NCBI GenBank assembly: GCA_963693365.1
Contig: CAVNZM010000081.1
Coordinates: forward strand, 1-13,129
DNA: 13,129 nt
Source of the DNA: Amoebidium appalachense
Lineage: Eukaryota; Protista; Ichthyosporea
Reading direction: 5' to 3'
Under the pieces are notes generated by a model. It worked only from the letters and a program-made list of their open reading frames with translations. It was not told the origin of the DNA and did not search any database. The translations under genes and the position numbers were made by a program. This document shows, piece after piece, positions 1 through 8,276 of this stretch. The stretch's first letter is position 1; each line of letters opens with the position of its first letter.

Positions 1-1366
1 CAATAATTTCCACAAATAAAACCAAAGCATTTGGTCACATATATTTCAACCATTCAAATAACACCATGAAATCCGTTTTTCATTGTCTTGAGCGCAATGT
101 GATTTATATGATCAAGACAAAAAATATTCGAGTTCTAAAGAAAGCCAAGCTCATAAACTACTTCTAATGAGTTACAAGGCTTTCTATACTTATTTATCTC
201 TGAGTTAGCTATCCCTAAAGATCTCTTTGTCTACTTATCGTACTTAGAAATAAGCTTACAGCACACTGGCGAGAACTTGAAGGTACCTGCTTATAATTAA
301 TTCTTAGTTCGTTAGGGATATTTTATTATAGTTCCATCAAAAATTTCTAATGATGTTACAATCATCCTAATCACGGGATTACTTTTTGATAAGTTGATAA
401 GTAAGTTTGACTATTTTCCTGTCAGCGATAATATGTATAACCTTGTTGTAAACATTAGTTGACAAATCATGGTTTACCTTTCTTAATTTTTCTAAGGAAC
501 CGCACATTTCACTCGCAGAAGTGCTAATGAACCTTGTCCTATTAGGGGGTATTCATTTCTATTCCACTTCGCAATTTCATTGATGCTACTAGTGGAGGTA
601 GATACCCATAAGCTTTTCATCTTATAAAATATACAGCAGCTATATAAACCCTGCTATGTGCTATCATAAGATCTTGCAAGTGAGCTAGCTTGTATATTCA
701 AACAAGCGATTGGTTATAGCAACGCGTGGCTAATAAAATAGGGTTGATATACATACAGCTACCCAAATACTACGAACGCATCTGTATCCTCTTATGTGCT
801 ATTAGATATAATAAATCAACCCACGCTGATTTATGCTTATTTAAATACTTCAATTTAAATTTGTATCGCTAAACATAAAATAAAGTTAATTAAATTTTCA
901 TCTTCAATCACATTTGTGATTAATAGGAGGAAGACGTTTAGTCCCTGAGAAGTCTACTTATAGATCTCTATCTCCGCTGGTTTACTGTTAACACTACCTT
1001 TTGTAAATCATTGTTACTCCTGCTAAATATTAAATAATAGAAAGTAGATAACATTATGCATTCTTAAATGCTTTGGTAGTCTATAGCATAAAGTGTTGTG
1101 GTTAGAAAAATTACTCTTAAGAAGCCCCTTTAAGAATGTGTACAATCATCAAAAGTACTAATTGTAATAATCCCATTATACATATGATGGTCTCAAAGTA
1201 CCGTACCTGGTACTCCTAAATCGATGGGAATAACTAGTATCATACCCAATACTATTAGTTAAATATAAAATAATACGGAAAAAGTTATTGCTAATAATAC
1301 TCTAAAGGCACTTGCTTTAATAAACATCATTTTATACTCCCCCCTATGTTGTATAGAAAATACTCA

Positions 1367-1763
1367 TTCATATGTTAATGATGCTTTGTTATTCTTTGCT
1401 AATAGCTAAGAAATTAGGGCACTCGAATAATTAGAGAGTCAGCTAGAGTCTCTTAAAATATTTTTTCTAAGAGGATAGTCTTATGCTCTTATTATCACGA
1501 TACAACAAACTCGTGGAGTACTATCACCTACTCTTTTAAATCATGCTTCCCTATTTTTATATCCCTTCATATGTTGATAATGCTTTGTTATTCTTTCCTA
1601 CTAAAAAATAAGTATAACACCCTAAATTAGAGAACCAGTTAAAATATCTTAAGAGCTTCTGTCCTAAGAGAGTAGTCTTATGCCTTTATCATCACGATAC
1701 GACAAGCTCATGAAGAATTTGCACCTACCCTTTAAAATCCAGCTTTCCTATACTTTTATTCCA
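1367..1763. repeat. Diverged tandem duplication, ~199-bp unit x2 (1367-1565, 1566-1763), containing inverted copies of repeat module A
   Basis: Units start ttcatatgttaatgatgctttgttattcttt (1367) and ttcatatgttgataatgctttgttattcttt (1566). Both contain ctaagag..tagtcttatgc..ttat.atcacgatac.acaa.ctc. Confidence 0.9.
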
Positions 1764-1789
1764 TTTATTATTTTTATTAAGTCCATAAA

Positions 1790-1829
1790 TTGGAGCCCCG
1801 CGAAAGTTCCGTAGATTTCCGTAGGTACC
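1790..1829 (-). repeat. GC-rich dispersed repeat module B (38-40 bp), inverted copy
   Basis: Reverse complement ggtacctacggaaatctacggaactttcgcggggctccaa matches 11649-11688 at 38/40 and also matches 12024-12063. Confidence 0.92.
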
Positions 1830-1838
1830 CAAATTATA

Positions 1839-2426
1839 ATCTGCTAAAACTCCGATTTTGAGATTCGTCACGTCTGGATCGGGATTTTTAACAATTTACT
1901 ATTATCTGTAATTAAGATCTTAATTTTCATCTTATATCCTGAAGCTTAGGATAAATTAATGCTACTTCTAACATTGAATAATTTAATTCTACTTCTATGG
2001 TATTAGTAACCTAATACTCTCTTCCTTCATTACCTTTAAGCTTTCTATTAGTCCTAATTCCTGATTTGTTAAACCTCCAAATTGCAGATTCGTCACGTCT
2101 GGGTCTGGATTTTTCAAGATTAGGATCTCCATTTTTTTTTTGTATTCGGCATCTCACCCTCTTCTGGATTGTAAATTTTATCTTTTCTCTTTCATAATAT
2201 TGAATAGTGCTATTCAATTTTACGCCTATAATACTATTAACATAGCACGAAATTTCTTACTATGATTCTAGTACTTTTACCCTTTATTGCCTTTAAGAGT
2301 CATATAAAATCCATAAATTCAAATTCCTGCTCTGCTAAAATTTCAATTTTCAAGATCGTCACTCCGAAAACTCCAATTTTACGATTTTCTGTATTTAGGA
2401 TTTTTATTTTCATCTTATATCCTGAC
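1839..2426 (+). repeat. Cluster of repeat module C/D copies (ctgctaaaactccgatttt.agatt.gtcacgtctg and ttttcatcttatatcctga)
   Basis: C copies at 1839-1876, 2071-2102 (partial) and 2331-2362. D copies at ~1923-1942 and 2387-2426. 1839-1876 matches 13079-13116 at 36/38. 2387-2421 is the reverse complement of 5048-5082 at 34/35. Confidence 0.88.
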
Positions 2427-2610
2427 GGAAGCTTGATATAAAAGTAGAGAGCCCTATCTAGTCCACCCCCTCCCTATCCCTACTCCCTAGAAAAGAAGAA
2501 GGGAGAAGGGGCGAGTAGAAGGTACGCCTGGGTTCTCATACGTTATAAGAAAACTTCCTTTTTATACAGTCTATTGTTAAATAAGTTGAATTCAGATCCT
2601 AGCATGCTCG

Positions 2611-2813
2611 CACACAGACACACACCCACACACACACACACAAAAGCCGTGACACAAACACACACACACCGGCACACACACACACACACACAGTGTCACA
2701 CATACACACACACACACAAACACACACATGATGCATGCACACACACACACACACACACACACAGGCCTCACCGTGACACACACACACGCACACACACACA
2801 CACACAGTGACGT

Positions 2814-2861
<48 letters not shown>

Positions 2862-2871
2862 CATTTTACAC

Positions 2872-2935
<64 letters not shown>

Positions 2936-3114
2936 CACACCACAGGCACACACACACATGTACACATGTACACACATACACACATACACACACACACACT
3001 GTGCACACACACACATGTACACAAACATACACACATGTACACACACACACACACAAGCACACACACACGCACACACACACGCACACACGCACACGCACAC
3101 ACACACGCACACGC

Positions 3115-3147
<33 letters not shown>

Positions 3148-3153
3148 GTCACA
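2611..3153. repeat. Long interrupted (CA)n microsatellite
   Basis: About 540 bp of CA dinucleotides interrupted by variants such as gtgacaca, catgtaca and cacgca. It explains all the HT- and CV-repeat ORFs in the track. Confidence 0.98.
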
Positions 3154-3179
3154 GTAAGTCAGAGGGGGGTGGGGGAGTC

Positions 3180-3180
<1 letters not shown>

Positions 3181-3237
<57 letters not shown>
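3181..3237. repeat. (GA)n microsatellite
   Basis: Perfect AG run directly visible. Confidence 0.98.
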
Positions 3238-3242
<5 letters not shown>

Positions 3243-3256
3243 AGGGAAAGATAAGA

Positions 3257-3284
3257 CCCCCCCCTCCCCCCCCCCCCCCCCCCC
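3257..3284. repeat. Poly-C tract
   Basis: C8-T-C19 run. Confidence 0.95.
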
Positions 3285-4464
3285 TCTCCGTTATCTTAAT
3301 CTACCTTCGGCTTGGGCGGGGTTCTTCAAAAAAAATCGCTAGCCATTTTATCTTATTAACCCTACTAACCCGAGTGGGCCATATATATGTTTTCAAGGGG
3401 TGCTGGTTGGGCGGAAAAGGCTCAAAAGTATGGAAACAGCTGTGTCCAAGTATTATGTGATGACATAGAAACGTTTTCTAACAGCTTTAGCCATGTTTAT
3501 ACGCCTCTTTTTATTTTTCTATAGAACCCTTTTTCTATATAACTGAGTTCCGGAAGCGTGCTTTCGGATTTTCGAAAGCCATCATGAACAACCATGTGGG
3601 AGCGAGGGATGTGTGTGATTGGCTCAGCATGAAAGTGCGAGCTAAGAAATCGATTGGCCAAATGGTTGATTAGCAGCTCATTAGCTTTGGCGTCACTGCG
3701 GCAACGTGTGATAAGCACTAGCGCACATGTACACGCCATTTCCACTCGCATCATGCATGCCATTTTGCGAGATCACAAAAGGCGTATGTATTGTACATGT
3801 AGGTAATACGTAAATCAGGGGCGTGCTGTATTCTGACTCATTGTTTCGTGTTTCGTGTGTAGGGGCATGCCCCTATATCTCTATATTTCCTAAATTCTTT
3901 TTCGTGGCCTGCAAGCTGTTGATTGGGTCGCGGGAGCAGGTCTTCCACATGTAAGATGCTGATGTAGACGTCATGCCTGTACGTACGTACGCGTAGCTGG
4001 CGCGACGCTAGCGCTACGCACAACGGTAGTGTCGTGGAGCTCAATTTTATACCCTAAGTTGCTTCTATAAAGAAAATGAAGTTTAGTAAAGGTGTTTGCA
4101 TTATATGTGTGGATTTCGTCGGCAACCTTCAAGGTTTGCCCAATTGCACGTGGCTTGCAACGAAATCTTATAAAGGGAAAACTATCTTGACCGAGGCATT
4201 TGCCAACGATACATAAATGGCCCAGCGCTGCAAATGAGGGAACATAGCATACGTATACCTGTGTATACCTCGTACGTAAAGTACAAAACTCTCCCGTGTC
4301 ATACGTACATCCCTACGTACATGTTGCAAACGTCTACGTATACGTATATACAGTATGGATGCGCTTTGTAGGTCCGGGGCGAATCGGCCCCTAGGCCTAC
4401 CAACCGTGGCCTGGGCATGGGAACGTGCATCAGCAATCTTCCCCCCCCATCGGAAACCCCTCTA

Positions 4465-4570
4465 CGACGTCGACGACGGGTTTGGAGTAGTTTACGATAC
4501 CTGAGTGGCTGCGTTTGGTACCCTCGACATTTTAATGGATGGAAAAGCTGAAAACCCATCGTCGACGTCG
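4465..4570. repeat. 19-bp inverted repeat pair with a palindromic cgtcgacg core
   Basis: cgacgtcgacgacgggttt (4465-4483) versus aaacccatcgtcgacgtcg (4552-4570), 18/19 complementary. A third partial copy atcgtcgacgtcg lies at 4774-4786. Confidence 0.8.
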
Positions 4571-4920
4571 CCAAGCATGTTACAGGGTAATAAAGAGGTC
4601 CACTGATTTCTCGACCCTCATGTGTATATGCCAACGTCATCCTATGGACATGCTGTGCATGTGTTTACACTGTCCATTAACCAAATGTAGCACCTATTCC
4701 AATGCTATAGATGTGCTATGGACGTCGTAAGCCTGTTCTACGTATGTATACTGTGTAGGCTAACATGATGGGTATCGTCGACGTCGAAAACAAAGCATAC
4801 TGTGAAGGCGATTCTGAGCATCTTAATATGAGGTTTCCGACGTCTGTAAACTAATAAGAAACGGCGAATTCTGCAATAATAAATACTGTTTTTATAATGT
4901 ATAAGTGCAATAGTTTTATG

Positions 4921-4951
4921 TGTATATTTATATATCATATAGTATATATAT

Positions 4952-4997
<46 letters not shown>
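4921..4997. repeat. (TA)n microsatellite flanked by a 24-bp direct repeat
   Basis: TA run, perfect from ~4956. Flanks are gtttttataatgtataagtgcaat (4888-4911) and gtttttataatgtataagtacaat (5005-5028). Confidence 0.93.
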
Positions 4998-4999
<2 letters not shown>

Positions 5000-5042
5000 T
5001 TGGGGTTTTTATAATGTATAAGTACAATTATTCTAGGCATGT

Positions 5043-5136
5043 GTCACGATATAAGATGAAAATAAAAATCCTAAATCCAGAATATGGTAAAATGTCATTT
5101 TTGGAATTTTAGCAGATCATATTTTTGAATTTATGA
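5043..5136 (-). repeat. Inverted copy of module C/D upstream of nad5
   Basis: 5043-5082 is the reverse complement of 2387-2426 (2 mismatches). 5101-5136 is a diverged reverse complement of 2311-2346. 5101-5119 pairs with 13077-13095 at 17/19. Confidence 0.88.
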
Positions 5137-5215
5137 AATTAATAAGTTCATTATAAATGTAATTTACTAAATTATCACGTAGAGTAAAGAATCTAGTACT
5201 ATTAACCTAGAACTT

Positions 5216-5312
5216 TAGGAGTAGAATATAATCATTCAATGTTATTACAGGAGTATAAATAAAATAACCATTCAATGTTATTATAGGAGTGGGATTAAAT
5301 CATTCAATGTTA
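5216..5312 (+). repeat. Three tandem ~32-36 bp units immediately upstream of the nad5 start
   Basis: (t/c)aggagt...cattcaatgtta units begin at 5216, 5248 and 5284. A related inverted copy lies at ~1969-1997. Confidence 0.85.
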
Positions 5313-5322
5313 GGAAAGAAAA

Positions 5323-6081
5323 ATGATGTACATAGGAATAGTGATGATACCATTAATAAGTAGTATAGGAGCTGGCCTTTTCGGTAGATTTATAGGTACG
5401 AAAGGTGCAGGAATATTAGCAACGACAAGTATAGGAATAACAGCATTATTTTCATGAATTATAGGATATAAAGTAATAACAGAAGATACAATTATATATA
5501 CAGGATTAATAGGTAGATGAATAGAAAGTGGAATATTATCCATTAGTATGGGAATAAGAATAGATAGTATTACAGCGATGATGTTAATATTAGTAACAAC
5601 AGTATCGTGATTAGTACATATGTATTCAACTGGATATATGTCAGAAGATCCACATGTTCCTAGATTTATGGCATACTTATCTTTATTCACTTTCTTTATG
5701 GTTGTTTTAGTTACAGGAGACAACTTAATTCAATTATTTATAGGATGAGAGGGTGTAGGGTTATGTTCTTATTTATTAATTAATTTTTGATACACTAGAA
5801 TACAAGCTAATAAATCTGCAATTAAAGCTATGATAATGAATAGAATTGGAGATTTAGGATTAACATTAGGAATATTAGCAACTTATTATACATTCGGGGC
5901 AACAGATTATTCAACAATCTTTGCATTAGCGTCGAGTGCTAAATATGAAACAACTATTATAGCTTACAACGGAATGGAAGTATATAATTTAACTTTAATA
6001 GGAATATTATTCTTAATTGGAGCAATAGGTAAATCCGCTCAATTAGGATTACATACATGATTACCATCAGCGATGGAGGGT
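5323..6081 (+). CDS. nad5: NADH dehydrogenase subunit 5, exon 1 (code 4; alternative ATG at 5326)
   Basis: Open with TGA=Trp: [25 protein letters not shown]...[26 protein letters not shown]...[18 protein letters not shown]...NRIGD...[18 protein letters not shown]. These are hallmark ND5/NuoL motifs, with TGA at conserved Trp positions. Confidence 0.97.
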
Positions 6082-6750
6082 AAATTAAGCAACACCAATT
6101 TAGTAATACAAATAAGATTATTTAGTAATAAAGGAGCACAATTATTTTCATCAACCATTCTAGAGGTAATCGTAGGATTAATGCTTTCAGATGGATATTT
6201 GCAAAAGCCCACTTCGGAGACTAGTAACAGTCGTTTAGAATTTACATTTAAAGAGGCGAGTTTAGAATATGTAACAAGATTAAAATTTGAAGTATTAGGT
6301 AGTATATGTACAAGAAATCCGCCTACTCCGTGGCCTAAGACTAACCCTTCTCAATTCTGATTTGGGTCGAGATGTTATCCTTTCTTGAAAGATTTACGTA
6401 AAATATGATATAAATGGGACGAGACTATAAAAAAAGATGTAAAAATTATTCCCTTTGATTTTGTGGAGAAGTATTTTACAGCAAGAATGTTAGCATTTTG
6501 AATTATGGGTGATGGATATTGATGTAATGATCAAAATACAGTTCACTTAAGTACAGAAGATTTTTCTTATAAAGAGGTAGAAACTCTTATTAAATTATTA
6601 GATGAAAAATTAGGACTTAAAGCTACTATGAAGAAAAGAAAAGGAAAAGATAGAATTAGATTTAGTGGTAAAGCCGCTAACTTAAATAAACTACGTGAAT
6701 TAGTATTTCCTTATATGCACTCCTCCTTTATGTATAGATTAGGTTTATAG
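6082..6750 (+). CDS. Intron-encoded double-motif LAGLIDADG homing endonuclease/maturase (I-SceI-like), in frame with nad5 exon 1
   Basis: 222 sense codons in code 4, ending at TAG 6748-6750. Motifs IVGLMLSDG and LAFWIMGDGYW, then LSTEDFS..EVETLIKLL..KLGL and PYMHSSFMYRL, are typical of LAGLIDADG_2 proteins. Confidence 0.9.
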
Positions 6751-7059
6751 ATTGGGCCCTCCTTAAACTTCACTATATGCTAGAAACTACCGCAGCACCA
6801 GAGTGCAAAAAGTTCTCTACTCTCATGAAAGCAGAAGAAATAATGTCTTTCAAACTTATGTATTTTGACTAATGGGAGTAACTGGCTCTTTAATATTTAA
6901 AGTGCCGATGAACATGAGGTACAATTAGCAGGAAACCAATCGTTACAAAGGTAACTTAGTAGGATCCTCAGAGACTATACGTGAAGCTCGAATAGATAAA
7001 CTATGCTATTCTAGAAAAAATAGTCCAACACACATAGAATGGTATTTGATGCCAGTGTG
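6082..7059 (+). mobile_element. Group I intron (IB-like core) at the nad5-717 site, 978 nt
   Basis: It interrupts MEG|PTP. The exon ends in U and the intron ends in G. The IGS ttgggccctcc (6752-6762) pairs with exon 1 ggagggt and exon 2 ccaa. P atgctagaaa 6777, Q aattagcagg 6923, R tcagagactata 6968, S ...atagtcc ending 7026. P3 cttcac/gtgaag. Confidence 0.93.
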
Positions 7060-7276
7060 CCAACTCCAGTGTCTGCATTAATTCATAGTGCAACTATGGT
7101 AACAGCAGGTATATTTTTATTAATTCGTAGTTCTCCAATTTTAGAATTAAGTTCAACAGCATTATTTTATATAACAATTATAGGAGCATTAACTGCACTA
7201 TTTGCAGCCAGTGTTGCTATAGTACAAAATGATCTTAAAAAAGTGATTGCCTACTCTACTTGTTCCCAATTGGGGT
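7060..7276 (+). CDS. nad5: NADH dehydrogenase subunit 5, exon 2
   Basis: [23 protein letters not shown]...[17 protein letters not shown] plus the first base (T) of a split TAC codon. Confidence 0.97.
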
Positions 7277-7980
7277 GAATCGTTAGAACAGTAGAATCAG
7301 ATGTAATAGGTAGAAGACAGTATTCAACTTCATAAAATGGTGGGATAGTAATAAGAGTAGAGATGTACTTCCAGACAAATCGGAATGTCCATGAGTGTTT
7401 AATCTAGAACAAACTAGTCAATATTAATTAAAATATGAAGGTATTACAGTACTTTACGTCTAACGGAACAAAGTTGACGTGAAAAATGTACATAGGAATA
7501 ACTGTATAACCGTGGAATCGATTTGGTAATTATTTTTGGTTCAAAGTATATAGAAGAACAGTTGAGCTCGATGGCGATTTGTATGATTTTGAAAAGTATT
7601 ATAACAATACTTTTGAGCTATATATACTACAAATCTTGCTGAATACAGTTTCATAGTTAGAGTTAACTATAGCTACATGAGTTGAGCGTGGAAATCCGTA
7701 ATACAATATTCAACCAATTATAGATCTTTTTGTTTAAGCGAATCATTACAGATTTGTAAAATCAGTTGCACAGGATATACGAGATAAAATTAGTAACACA
7801 CTAAAGGGAAGAACTGTTAGTTAAAACCAAATCATGTAAAAGGAGCACATAAGACTAAAGTTTATTGCTATAATGAAATGAGAATATTTGATGGGATACG
7901 AATAATGCAGCGAGAATAAGGATTATCTGGAAGTATTTTAATTAGAAGCAAATTTGACAATCGTAAACTATTCCGAGCTC
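7277..7980 (+). pseudogene. Decayed GIY-YIG homing endonuclease with NUMOD-like C-terminal remnants (end approximate)
   Basis: Fragments across stops and frameshifts: exon-fused leader ...RRQYSTS* (stop 7333), LYV*RNKVD/KMYIG...NRFGNY (7486), KYYNNTFELYIL, NP*YNIQ (7693-7713), RDKISNTLKGR (7780-7812), KVYCYN..IFDGIRIMQRE (7857-7916). Confidence 0.75.
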
Positions 7981-8276
7981 AGTGTGAAGAAAAATTGGTT
8001 CCTTTGTACATCTCTTTAATCTTAATTACTATCACTACTAAATCATGTGCCCCTAATTAAATTCCACTGTATGCTGGAAACATCTAAAGCCTTAGGTACT
8101 CTTAGATAATGTAAGAGTAACAATCTTAAGGATTACAAATCGCAATGGTCAACCCGCCGGAAACCTCTGTTAATAAATATTAGCTAGTCGGATCCTCAGA
8201 GACTACACGTGGAACAGAACATATTACATGTTTTGATGATATAGTCCAATCAATAGTGAGAACTATTGGGCCATTG
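7277..8276 (+). mobile_element. Group I intron (IB-like core), 1000 nt, 217 coding nt after intron 1
   Basis: Splicing T|AC restores SQLG-Y-M. The exon ends in U and the intron ends in G. The IGS catgtgcccc (8044-8053) pairs with exon 3 acatg and exon 2 ggggt. P atgctggaaa 8071, R tcagagactaca 8197, S atgatatagtcc 8236. P3 ttccac/gtggaa. P9 caatagt-gaga-actattg. Confidence 0.92.

Noticed and set aside
721-826. Imperfect inverted match (gcgtgg...gggttgat versus atcaacccacgc)
   Set aside because: Short, interrupted and single-copy, so too weak to call.
2011-2217. 68-aa minus-strand ORF
   Set aside because: It overlaps repeat module C and has no recognisable protein features.
2611-3153. CA array as a telomere
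   Set aside because: It is internal, is a simple dinucleotide repeat, and lacks a recognisable telomeric unit.
2574-3342. Eight overlapping ORFs rich in HT, CV or ER repeats
   Set aside because: They are translations of the (CA)n, (GA)n and poly-C tracts, with no evidence of coding.
3497-5040. Short ORFs in the spacer (63-113 aa)
   Set aside because: No recognisable motifs. One runs through the TA microsatellite.
5310-5723. 137-aa minus-strand ORF
   Set aside because: Antisense shadow of nad5 exon 1.
7486-7500. 15-nt identity (atgtacataggaata) with the nad5 start at 5326-5340
   Set aside because: It coincides with the YIG motif of the GIY-YIG remnant, is AT-rich and does not extend, so it is most likely chance.
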